Below, in pieces: positions 6,612-17,500 of a stretch of 64,000 bases of DNA. The notes beneath the pieces were generated by a model. That model searched no databases and was not told where the DNA came from. It worked only from the letters and a program-made list of their open reading frames with translations. This DNA is from Candidatus Omnitrophota bacterium. Its GTDB lineage: Bacteria; Omnitrophota; Gorgyraeia; Zapsychrales; Zapsychraceae. Positions within the stretch are counted from its first letter, which is position 1. Each line of letters begins with the position of its first letter. The position numbers and the translations under genes were made by a program. Location: positions 11,250 to 75,249 of the forward strand of contig JADFXT010000008.1 in the NCBI GenBank assembly GCA_015233405.1, written 5' to 3'.

Positions 6612-9233
6612 ATGGAATCATCCCCCAAGACGATTTCTCCAGAACAAATTCATCCATCTTCTGAAACGCCAAACGAACCGGCGGTTTCAACTCCGATGCT
6701 TAAGCAGTATCATATTATTAAGAAGAAGCATCAGGATTGCATCCTCTTTTTCCGGCTCGGAGATTTTTATGAGATGTTTTATGAAGATGCCAAGGTCGTT
6801 TCCAAAGAGCTCGATTTAGTCCTCACGGGCCGCGGCAAAGATATCAACGGCCGTGTCCCTATGTGCGGATTTCCCCACCACGCCTCGGAAAACTATATCG
6901 CCCGGCTTGTCAAGCGCGGCTATAAAATTGCCATCTGTGAACAACTCGAAGACCCGGCTTTAGCGAAAGGTATTGTTAAACGCGACATCATCCGTATTAT
7001 TACCGCTGGAACTTATCTGGATGAAAGCTCAACCGACACGCGGTATTTGCTCGCCTTAGCACCAACGCCTAAATCCATGGGCATTTCCTTTATCGACCCG
7101 GCCTCGGGTACCATTTATACAAACCAGTATCCTTACGATATCAAGCGCATTACTGAACTGTTGGCTAAACTTGCCGTTTATGAATGCATTTATCCCTCAT
7201 CTCAGGAAGAGCTGATCAAAAATATTTTTAAGCAACCTACTCTACAGCATAAAAATATTTGCCTAAGCTCCTATCAGGACTGGTGCTTTAATACCGAAAT
7301 GGCCCAAAAAAATATTTGTGAACACTTTGGCGTTCATAATTTAAGTGGTTTTGGGATTGACGAATTGCCTCAAGCCCAGGCGAGCTGTGGCGCGCTTCTG
7401 GAATATTTAAAAGAAATGAACAAGCAGCCGCTACGGCATATCGACCGGATTTCCCTTTATATAGATGAAGATTATGTTTTTATTACACCGGCCGCCACCC
7501 GGGGATTAGAACTTGAAAACTTTATTCAAACCCTGGATGAGACGCTCTCTCCTTTGGGCAAGCGAAAATTCCATTTTTGGTTCACGCATCCGGCTAAAGA
7601 CGTGGAGATCATTCGCGAGCGCCAAGAAGCAATCAAACTCCTTAAAAGACATGACCTTATTCAGAAGGATCTTAAGATTCACTTAAGCAAAATCACCGAT
7701 TTGGAAAAATGTTTGTCGCGTATCAGCTATGGATATACTCACGTCAAAGATTTGCTCGCACTACGAAATGCCTTGGTGCGTATACCGGATTTCATCAACA
7801 TCGTCCGGACGCTCAAAAACGCCAACGACCTTTTTGAAATCGAAGATATCCCGGAGCTTAGGATGCTTCTGGAACAAACGGTCAACGAAGACGTCCCGCT
7901 CTCCCATCCCGACGGAAAAATTATCAAGGCGGGCTATCATCCAGAGCTGGACAACTTGCGCAATATTCAAAACCACGGCCGCGAATGGCTTAAAAATTTT
8001 CAGGCCCAGGAGATCAAGAAAACCGGTATCAATTCTCTTAAAGTAGGGTTCAACAAAGTTTTCGGTTATTATATTGAAATCACGCGAAGCAATTTAGACC
8101 TTGTCCCGCCGGATTATATCCGCAAGCAAACCCTGGTCAATGGCGAGCGGTTCATCACGCCGGGATTAAAAGAATATGAAGAGAAGATCTTGACCGCAGA
8201 AGACAAAATTTTAAAGATCGAAAACGAGATCGTCCGCGAGCTTCACCAAAAAATTCTAGACCATTCGGAAAACCTGCACCGCTTCTGCCAGTCTCTCGCG
8301 ACCATCGACTGCCTGTACGCCCTAAGCATGCTCGCCAACAGTTATAATTATTGCTGCCCCGACGTCAACAATGGCGATGTCTTAAGTATCAAAGAGGGCC
8401 GCCATCCTGTGGTCGAGAAAACAACCACAGACACATTCGTGCCAAATGACACGCTTTTGGATAGTGAAGACAATCATCTGATTATCTTAACCGGGCCGAA
8501 CATGGCAGGCAAATCCACCTATATCCGCCAAAGCGCCCTGTTAACCATTATGGCGCAGACCGGAAGTTTTATTCCCGCCAAGAGTGCGACCATCGGTATT
8601 GTGGATAAAATTTTCACCCGCATCGGCGCGCACGACGACATCTCTAAAGGCCAATCGACTTTTATGGTCGAGATGAACGAAACCGCAGACATCTTAAACA
8701 ACCTGACGGATAAAAGCTTGGTCATTCTCGATGAGATCGGCCGCGGCACCAGCACCTACGACGGACTTTCATTAGCCTGGGCGCTTGCGGAACATTTTCA
8801 AAACACAAAAGCCCGCACGCTGTTTGCCACACATTTTCACGAACTGACCGCGCTCGCCGATAAATTACCGGGCATCAAGAACTACAATGTCGCGGTTAAA
8901 GAATGGAAAGACGAAGTGGTGTTCCTCCATAAGATCGTTCCCGGAAGCTCCGATGACAGTTATGGGATTTATGTCGCCAAACTCGCTGGCATTCCGGAAG
9001 AAGTTATCTTCCGTGCCAAGAAGATCCTGACCCAGCTGGAACTAAAGAACGACATCAAAGAGAATATCCGTCGGGATTTCCAAACAGAAGAACAACTGAA
9101 TCTTTTTATGACGCACAACGATCCCGTTTTGGAGGAGATCGTCAACACCATTAAAGCTTTGGATGTTAATAATTTGACTCCGCTGCAGGCGTTATCAAAA
9201 ATGCAGGAGATGAAGGAAAAGATTGAGAGATAA
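6612..9233 (+). CDS. mutS: DNA mismatch repair protein MutS.
   Basis: Hallmarks are TPMLKQYHIIKKKHQDCILFFRLGDFYEMF (mismatch-binding domain), Walker A GPNMAGKSTY, DEIGRGTSTYDG and FATHFHEL. I chose the ATG at 6612 (AAAGGTG 5 nt upstream). The track start at 6354 adds an implausible 86 aa that overlaps the divergent gene. Confidence 0.93.
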   Translation: MESSPKTISPEQIHPSSETPNEPAVSTPMLKQYHIIKKKHQDCILFFRLGDFYEMFYEDAKVVSKELDLVLTGRGKDINGRVPMCGFPHHASENYIARLVKRGYKIAICEQLEDPALAKGIVKRDIIRIITAGTYLDESSTDTRYLLALAPTPKSMGISFIDPASGTIYTNQYPYDIKRITELLAKLAVYECIYPSSQEELIKNIFKQPTLQHKNICLSSYQDWCFNTEMAQKNICEHFGVHNLSGFGIDELPQAQASCGALLEYLKEMNKQPLRHIDRISLYIDEDYVFITPAATRGLELENFIQTLDETLSPLGKRKFHFWFTHPAKDVEIIRERQEAIKLLKRHDLIQKDLKIHLSKITDLEKCLSRISYGYTHVKDLLALRNALVRIPDFINIVRTLKNANDLFEIEDIPELRMLLEQTVNEDVPLSHPDGKIIKAGYHPELDNLRNIQNHGREWLKNFQAQEIKKTGINSLKVGFNKVFGYYIEITRSNLDLVPPDYIRKQTLVNGERFITPGLKEYEEKILTAEDKILKIENEIVRELHQKILDHSENLHRFCQSLATIDCLYALSMLANSYNYCCPDVNNGDVLSIKEGRHPVVEKTTTDTFVPNDTLLDSEDNHLIILTGPNMAGKSTYIRQSALLTIMAQTGSFIPAKSATIGIVDKIFTRIGAHDDISKGQSTFMVEMNETADILNNLTDKSLVILDEIGRGTSTYDGLSLAWALAEHFQNTKARTLFATHFHELTALADKLPGIKNYNVAVKEWKDEVVFLHKIVPGSSDDSYGIYVAKLAGIPEEVIFRAKKILTQLELKNDIKENIRRDFQTEEQLNLFMTHNDPVLEEIVNTIKALDVNNLTPLQALSKMQEMKEKIER

Positions 9234-9297
9234 AAAACACAAGGAATTCTTTCTGAAATATCTTTTAATTGTTGTCCATGAATGTTTTCTTTGATTT

Positions 9298-9397
9298 TGT
9301 CATCCCCGCAATCCTTAGGCGGGGATCCAGAATTTTGAGAACATAGATTCCCGACCTGTCTGCCGACAGGCAGGCAAAAGCTTTCGGGAATGACAAC
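9298..9397. repeat. Two hairpin (REP/MITE-like) units between mutS and mutL.
   Basis: The units are tgtcatccccgcaatccttaggcggggatccag (9298-9330) and agattcccgac...tcgggaatgaca (9346-9397). They share the GTCATyCCCG...CGGGrATCCAG termini seen at 10477, 11337 and elsewhere. The first could double as the mutS terminator. Confidence 0.7.
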
Positions 9398-9459
9398 TAA
9401 AAGAAATAAAAACTGCATAAAAAAATAAGGACAAAAATTCTTTTAAAATTATAGAAATT

Positions 9460-11280
9460 ATGCCCAGAATAAATATTCTTCCCCCCAACTTAGTCAGTAA
9501 AATCGCAGCCGGAGAAGTTATTGAGCGGCCCGCCTCCGTCATCAAAGAATGCGTGGAAAATTCTCTGGATGCTGGTGCGACCTCTGTCGAAATTCACTTA
9601 AAGAATGCCGGCACAACGCTCATTCATATCAAGGATAACGGCGGCGGCATTGACCGTGACGACCTTGAGAGGATTTTTCTGCGTCACGCCACAAGTAAAA
9701 TCAAAAATGAAGACGACTTATATCAAATTCATTCACTCGGATTTCGCGGGGAGGCGCTCTACAGCATTGCTGCTATCGCCGATGTCACACTAAAAAGCAA
9801 GACCGAACACCAGCCCGAAGGCTGGGAAATCCATATCCGCGGCACCGAGCGTTTAGGGCTCAAACCGGCGGCAACACCCGGCCACGGCACGGAAATGGAG
9901 ATCAAAGAACTTTTTTATAATACTCCGGCGAGAAAAAAATTCCTAAAATCGAGCGCGACCGAGATCAATCAAATCTTAAACACCTTTATTCCTTATACGC
10001 TTTTATATCCCAGCGTCCGTTTTCTATTAACGCATCAAGGCAACAACTTAATCGACCTTTTACCGTCGGACAGTTTAACCAAACGCATTGCCCAAGCCCT
10101 TCATCTAGAAGAAAAATATCTGCTCGAGAAAATTCAGGACAACATTCATCTTGTCTTAGGCGACATGAACATCAAACGCGCCCGACGGGATTTACAATTT
10201 ATTTTCGTTAACGGCCGGCCGGTCCAAAATAAAAACATCTCTTTTCATCTTAATCAAATCTACCGGCTGATTATGCCGGAAGGCGATGTTCCCTTTTTCT
10301 GCGTCTTTATCGCCGTCCCGCCGGAAGATGTCGACGTTAATGTCCATCCCTCCAAACGGGAAGTTAAACTGAAAGACGAACAGGAAATTTGTTTAAAATT
10401 AAGAATTTTAGGGGAAGAAACGCTGATGCGGCAGGGAAATATAAAAGTAATCGTAAGTGATCCATCACAACCTATCTGTCATTCCCGCGAAAGCGGGAAT
10501 CCAGGGTTGGGGAGTAAAATTCTAGATGGAATTCAGAACCCCAGTAGAAATTCAAAAGAAATACTGGATCCCCGCTTTCGCGAGGATGACAGGAAAAGGG
10601 GCTGGGATGACAGAAACGATGCTTCGAACAATGATTTTCCACAAGAGACGCCCCCTCACACTGCCGAACAAATCTTCTTCATCCCGCCGGAGGAATTTTC
10701 CGTCGGAAAAAAAGAAAACCTGCAAGCCCAGCTTCAGCATGCCCGATTGATCGGCGCCTTCCTTAATAAATATCTTTTTTTCGAGCAAGGCCGGTCACTG
10801 CTTTTAATGGACCAGCATGCGGCGGCGGAGCGTATCAATTATGAAAAGTTCCTCAATCAAATCCGTAAAGGCCAAGTAGAGGTTCAGCATCTATTAACGC
10901 CGACGGTCATTCCACTTTCTCCTCAAGAGTTGATCGTTTGGGAAGAGACTCAGACCACTTTAGAAACAGTCGGGTTTTCCAATAATCAATGGGACAATAA
11001 GTCCATTGCCATTCATTCGCATCCGGCCATGATCCTTAACATCGAACGCGCTGTCAGAAATCTTTTAGCGGATGAAAAGATCGCACAAGACGATTGGGAA
11101 TCAATTGCCCGACGGGCATGCCGGGCATCTGTCATGACGGGAGATTATCTTAATGCTGAACAGGCAGACGGTTTGCGGTTACAATTACTGGAATGTTTCG
11201 ACCCCTTCACCTGCCCGCATGGACGGCCTACGGTCGTCGAAATCACAGAAGAATTTTTAGATAAACAGTTTTTGAGATAA
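9460..11280 (+). CDS. mutL: DNA mismatch repair protein MutL, endonuclease type.
   Basis: GHKL ATPase motifs are IAAGEVIERPASVIKECVENSLDAGAT, DNGGGI and LGFRGEAL. C-terminal motifs are DQHAAAERINYE and FTCPHGRP. Confidence 0.93.
   Translation: MPRINILPPNLVSKIAAGEVIERPASVIKECVENSLDAGATSVEIHLKNAGTTLIHIKDNGGGIDRDDLERIFLRHATSKIKNEDDLYQIHSLGFRGEALYSIAAIADVTLKSKTEHQPEGWEIHIRGTERLGLKPAATPGHGTEMEIKELFYNTPARKKFLKSSATEINQILNTFIPYTLLYPSVRFLLTHQGNNLIDLLPSDSLTKRIAQALHLEEKYLLEKIQDNIHLVLGDMNIKRARRDLQFIFVNGRPVQNKNISFHLNQIYRLIMPEGDVPFFCVFIAVPPEDVDVNVHPSKREVKLKDEQEICLKLRILGEETLMRQGNIKVIVSDPSQPICHSRESGNPGLGSKILDGIQNPSRNSKEILDPRFREDDRKRGWDDRNDASNNDFPQETPPHTAEQIFFIPPEEFSVGKKENLQAQLQHARLIGAFLNKYLFFEQGRSLLLMDQHAAAERINYEKFLNQIRKGQVEVQHLLTPTVIPLSPQELIVWEETQTTLETVGFSNNQWDNKSIAIHSHPAMILNIERAVRNLLADEKIAQDDWESIARRACRASVMTGDYLNAEQADGLRLQLLECFDPFTCPHGRPTVVEITEEFLDKQFLR
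10477..10613. repeat. Inverted pair of hairpin-repeat units inserted in frame in the mutL inter-domain linker.
   Basis: tgtcattcccgcgaaagcgggaatccagg (10477-10505) and its inverse ctggatccccgctttcgcgaggatgacagg (10564-10593) are followed by a further ggatgacag half-site at ~10605-10613. They are translated as ...ICHSRESGNPGLG...LDPRFREDDRKRGWDDRND. The alternative frame gives the WIPAFARMTGKGAGMT peptide typical of such elements. Confidence 0.75.
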
Positions 11281-11311
11281 AAATAAATCCCCACCACCGC
11301 TATACAGATTG

Positions 11312-11534
11312 CTTCTTCAGGCTTCGCTTATCTACATTTGTCATTCCCGCGATCCCACCCAAAAGCGAGAATCCAGCCTTTTAAAATCGTGGATCCCCGA
11401 CCAACCCATTCGGGGATGACAATCTTTAGTTTTTTGCTGTCATTCCCAACTTCCTCGATTTTTTTATCTAGAAATGATTGGGAATCCAGGAAATAATTTA
11501 AGATACTGGATCCCGGGTCTTCGTCCGGGATGAC
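11312..11534. repeat. Cluster of four hairpin (REP/MITE-like) units in the convergent mutL / giant-ORF intergenic region.
   Basis: The cluster contains cttcaggcttcgcttatc...tgtcattcccgcg...gcgagaatccag (11337-11377), ggatccccgaccaacccattcggggatgac (11391-11420), tgtcattcccaac...ttgggaatccagg (11438-11490) and ctggatcccgggtcttcgtccgggatgac (11506-11534). These probably act as terminators for both convergent genes. Confidence 0.75.
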
Positions 11535-11572
11535 AAAATACGGATTCTTTTCACTACCGACAATGCATCTTC

Positions 11573-14500
11573 CTAAACCCGAATAATCATTCCATAAAAA
11601 TCAGATCCCGCCGGGCGATAAAGATGCCCTTTCGAATCCATTTCAATAAGACAAATAGCTTCAACAGGTTTTAAACGCTCAATGCTTAAGAATTCCTCTC
11701 GCACCCAATCCGTTCCGGCGAGCCGGTGCATATTGCCTGCATAATTAAGCGTAATATCATAGACGGGCTTACGGGTATCTTTTCTAGGAGCCTTGATTCT
11801 CCGCCGAAAATCACGGTCAATTTTCTTGCTCAACTCTTTTTCCACTAACCTAATATTAGTCTGGTCTATCTCACCCGTCGAAGGAACTTCTGGATAAAAG
11901 AAAACCTCTGCTTTTCCAAAAATATGTTGATAGCGTTTTGGCATCAAAGACCATAGCGGTATCCATATCAGAAATGGCTTTCTTCGATCAAAAATAATAA
12001 TAATTCTTTTATCTTTGTTTATAACGTATGGACGAGGTTTCCGTTGGCACAAATGTTTTTCCTTAATAAGAGGTTTGATGGCCGGCGGGGTCCAAGGTTT
12101 AACGCCCTCACCCGGGCCCTCAAAAATTCTTCCGCCCTTTATTCCGCCGCAACATTTCCGTCGACATCGGGATCTCAAATAACGATAAGGCTTAAAAGAC
12201 GAGCAACCTGGCACGAACGGTTTAACGTAAGGACTGGACGGATATTTTTCTTCACCATAAAGCTTTGCCTCCTTTTTAAACCAAGGATAAATAATATAAC
12301 GCCTCCAAGCCCCATATCGTCGACGGCGCTCGCGGCGTTTACAATTACGGATTCTATCTTTCCAATCCTTAGGCCAATCTTTCTCGTCATGGTTCGCCAA
12401 ATAATCATAAATGCAAGTCCGCGAACAGTCTGCCGCTACGACACAACCTTTGCAGTCGGGATACGATTCGCTTTTGGGCATCGCTGTCGCACCTAAGACC
12501 GGCACTGCGGCCATGGCAATTCCGGCAGTATGGAACCCAATCCCCGACGGAAAAATCATCTCTCCAATTAAACCGGCGATCGTAAAAAGCCCAACAACTA
12601 AAACCAATTTTAAGGCTGTCTTAAACCATGTTTCTTTTTTCTCAACCCGATGGCTCATTTGAAGATATACGGCTTGGGCGCTGTTTTTATAACCCGCATC
12701 ATTAATATCTTCGACAATATCCCTTGTATTCTCCAGCACAACCTTGGCTTCTGCGGCTAATCCTAATTTAATGAGCGCATCCATGCCATCGCCATTCATT
12801 TGGGCCATCTCATTACGCAGGCGGTCCTTTTCACTTGGCTCTACAGTCTTTCCTAGTTTTGCATCCAAGACGGAAATCGACATCAGATACTGGATAAAAT
12901 CATTTTGATCCACCGTATAGTCTGCCTGTTGATTTAAAGAAAATAATTCTTTAGCCATATCAAGAGCCAAATTATATTGAAAACTTCCCAATACCCGAGC
13001 GAGAAAGAACCGGGCCACCGTAATAAATAAATCTTTTTGCTCTTTGTTTTGTGCCGACGGAATGATGTAATATTTCACATACGAAGAACAATAAGCAATG
13101 AAAGACTGATATGCCGTCCGGTCAAACGCAGAGAGTTTAGCCAATAGTTTTACAAAATTTTTCCAATAGACTCCGGTGTTATAATAGCCGGCTATTTTCA
13201 TCATGCCATTCATAGCGCCGCAAGCGGCTTCATTGATCTCTTGCTGACTTTTCGCGTCAAGCGCTTTGTCTTCGTCGATGGATTTAGAAATTCCATCCTC
13301 GATTTTTGCCATGTTCTTTGGTATTTCATAAGCATTAACAACAGCCCTGTCGAGCCGGCCTGTTTTATCCCCATAGTCACGGATATGCAGCTTAATAATG
13401 TTTGCCGCGCCCTCTTTTTCAGCCAGATTATTTAGAAAATAGATCCACGATTCCAAATAAACCGAGCTGCTTTCGATCATCTTATCGGACAAAATAGACT
13501 TTTCTAAGTCGGGGAGAGCAGCGGAATATTCCTGGGAACAAAGCATGTTTAGCTCCCTAGCAAATTCCATGCGGATTTCAAGCAATTCCTTGTTACCAGC
13601 ATTGATGGCCTTTAGACAATCATCGCCTAACGACTTCATCACGGCCATAAATTTTTCCTGGTCAAGCGCGGCACATTGTTGAACGCTTCGGCCCTGAAAC
13701 ATCGGTCCTTCTTCAATGATTTTAGCTGATGCTGCTTTCTCCTCGGGCTTAACGGCTGTCGGAAGCTCTTGCACAGGCTTAGTAACGACCGCGGCCGATT
13801 CATTGATCATTTCAATATAAAGGTGATTATCTATGCCTAGGTCTTGCCAATTTTTCGTAAACTGCGATGACGTAAAAGAAACGGTCAGCTGCTGCAAAAT
13901 AATATCCAGCCGGGCTTGTTGTCCTGCGGGAATTTTTTTAATCATAGCGCTAATCGCAATTCTTTCACTCAATGCATCTAAATAGCTTTTGTCCAATGCC
14001 AGTTCTTCTTCGCTGCCTAATTTAATCGTATACTGGCTGTAAATATCCGCTAAAGCATCCTCCTCAGCCTCGGACTCAAATAATTTTTCTCCTAATAAGC
14101 TTTCTGCCAACTCGATTAACGGATGGAAAAATTCATGATGGTCAATAAAACGAGACAACATTCTCTGATTTTCTACGCTTAATAATCTCGGATTGATTTC
14201 TTTGAGTTTCTGCTCACGTTCTTCTGCATCCGCAATATTGAATATTTCCGTCACTTTCAAGTGGTCAACAATCATCTTTCCTTGCCCCGGCGCGCCGGAC
14301 TTCGGCACATATTTGCCGTAAACAACACCACTGCGGGCAAAAGTTTTTCCGGCGAGAGCGGCAGGATTGGAGTCCTCATGAAGCCCGGCAGATTCATTCT
14401 TTGACATGGCTTTTAAACAATTACATTCCGGCAAATAAGAGCCGCTGTTACGTTTTTCCCTGAACGCTCGAATCTCGTCACTGTTCCAATGCTCTGAGAA

Positions 14501-17500
14501 AGGCTTTGTCCCAAGCTGGCTTCCTAAAGTTAAATAAGGCAATTTATAACAGGCCGTCAAATACCCCTTATAGTCGATACAAGCCTCACTATTTAAAAGG
14601 CAATTTCCTTTAGACGCTTCTTTGATGTCCCAGAAAAAGAGGCTTATGCCATACTTTTTACATTCTTCTGTGACTTCTTTGCGCAGGCGATTTAAAGTTT
14701 CTTCGTCATGAACTGCAATGTCCGTAATTCTCGGGACACACCCCTCCAAAATCCTCAGCTCTAAACTTTTCGCCCCCCAAGACGCTATGGCAGCCGGCAT
14801 TTCTTTTAATTTATCGATATTGTGGCGTGTAATAATGCAATTGATCCAAATAGGAATATCTGTTCTTTGCGCAAAATTTTTCAAATTTTCAATAATCGGC
14901 TCTAATGAGTACCGGCGGACTGCCCGATAAGATTCCGCATCTGGACCGTCTATGCTCACTTTAAGCATCGTAATTCCTGAATCCTTTAATTCATCTATAA
15001 GTTTCGTCGTCAATAGTGTGGCGTTCGTTATTAATTCTATTTCGGTGTCCGAACTTTTCTGCCGGATGTACTTAATCATCGCAATAAGATAAGGATTAAG
15101 CGTCGGCTCGCACGTGCCGCAGAATTGAACTTTCGACAAGACGTAATCAAAAGAATCGATAATGCGCTTAAAAGTTTCAAAAGACATATGTTCGACCTTC
15201 TGATTGAGATGATCTTTATCTCGGCGATTACAAAACGTGCATTGTAAATTACAAGAATTAGATATCTCGATTTCCAGAAAACTCGGGCCAGGATTTAGAG
15301 AATCAAAGATCTCCAACTCCTCTGCCACATCATGAGCTTTAATGCGGTCAGGGCTCTTGGAATAGAACAATCGGTATTCAAAATATTCGTGGCGTTTAAC
15401 TGAGACAGACAGGGCGTTCGTCCGGCGGGTCACATAGAGGATATTCTTACCGTTTTCCAAACGGATCACAGCGCCGTAATCGTCAGATTCATTTTTGACA
15501 TCGACGAGATAAGCGGCGTCAATAAGTGTCAGCGGCGGAGCGTTCGCATAACCCGCGGATTTAAGCTCGCTTTCCAATCTCTTATTTTCAATTTCTAGGA
15601 ATTGATTGTAACTTTCTTTAAGTTTGGTAGATTCCTCTTTGTTTGATTGATTATTGACCGCGGCGATCTGCTCGTCGCTTAGCTTACCGTTGGCCCCGCG
15701 GGGGATAGAAACTGCTGATGATAATGCCTGTGGTCTGCGGATATAGTCTTTACCATAATCGCGGATAAAATCTTTCATCGGGCGATACCAGAAGAAATAG
15801 GAGCCTTCAGGATAAAAATCGATTTCTCTTTTCGTTTTATTGATCAAATCCCACAAGATTCGTTTGTTTTTCCCAGGCAATTGTTCCCATCCTCTTACGA
15901 ACCCTAAATGTGTTAACGCCTCGTCGACTTTCTTGACCTCAGCAAAATTTCCGGTGTATGCATAAACAAACGCCCAACGGATATCATTGCCCAATTGTTT
16001 GCCGATGCCATAAGCGCCGGTAAAAAGACGACGGAATTTATTCTGTCCTCGGGAAGCGCGAGAACGAGGAACAATCTTGGGGAAAACATCATTGCAACTA
16101 TAGACGACGACTGCTTTCTCTGTTAAATGTCCGGAGATATAACTCTTTGGCGATACGTCCAAAATAAGATGCCGCGCATTTAAATCCGGCATGAACATGT
16201 CGTGATCATCGACTTGCCAAGTCTCTGTTAAACCATTGAGCCTGCGTTTTCTTGTGATAGGAAGAACGTCATCGGATTCGAGCGGGCTTAAAGCCGCAGC
16301 TAAATTTCCGACTGCCGGCGGGAATTGCAAAGGCTCATCGCTTCGTCCATAACGCGCCAGATCTTCAGCCCGGCGTCGGTCGCCAAACATACTATACGGC
16401 GGACGGTTCGTCGAAGAGTTTCTTTTATTCCATTGTTCTCTCCAGTATTCGTCAATAATATGTCTAGCATTTCGAAAGTCTTCTCGACCGGCTTCTCCTC
16501 TGCGCGCCTCGTGCTCGGCATCCCAAGGCGACTTCCCTTTTATCAGTAAACGCAGATATTCAACTCCATTTTTCGGGTCATTGGTCTGCCGCGTCAATTC
16601 ATAAGCCATGCCTTCCAATATGAAACCCTGTTTCTGAGCCAAAGCCCCATCTTTTTCATCGACGCCAATCTGAATGCCTGCTTCTTTCATGCGTTCGTCA
16701 GCACCGATATTCTTTTGCATAATTACTATGCCTTGTTTGATCAGGCGGTTCCGAAGAGAAGAACGTTTGGTAGAAAGCACAGCAGCATAATCCGTATGCA
16801 AATAATCAGAAAAAGCATACGCCAAAGGAAAATCTTTATATTGTCGGATATTATTTAAATAATGAACAAGCTCATGATCAACAACGATCATAAATTCATT
16901 GAGCGAAAGACCAATATCAATGGAAATATTAGAAACCTTCTCTCGTCCTATAATCCAGCCCCCTGTCAAGGCATAAGCGGTTAAGAATACACCCAAAGCA
17001 TTGAGGGCCACAAAAACAACGTTAGTTACCGTCTTAAAATCATGATACGCACAAATCAAAACTACGATTCCTGCAATCATCGATAAAGAAATAACCCCTA
17101 AAAGAACCATCATCAGCGGTTTTCTAAACCATTTCGTCAATGAAAGACCTAATTCAGACCCAATCGACCTCGGCGTCCAATGAATATAATTAAAATGTTG
17201 ATTGATTTCTTCCTGCCATGTCGTCGGGAAAAACATTTGCGCTATCGCTTGAACTCGCTGTTCAATAACCTTTTTCTGTTCTGGAATAAATTCTTTGCCC
17301 ATCAATAACTTTTTAAAAGTCTGCCCAAAGGAAAGCTGGACCGCATGTGAGCCTTTTCCATTCCACGAGCGCAAATTACGAGCTTTATTTAAGAATTCTT
17401 TCAAAATCAATGATATGACAACAATCGTAACCACCAAACTTGCCACCAGAAAAATGCTACCGGCAAGTCTAAGCGCCGCCGTAAAACCTCCGGCAAAGAC

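Noticed and set aside
9298-11534. Possible CRISPR array, suggested by repeated short palindromic units.
   Set aside because: The units vary in length and sequence, occur in both orientations with irregular spacing, include copies inside mutL, and there are no cas genes. REP/MITE-like elements fit better.
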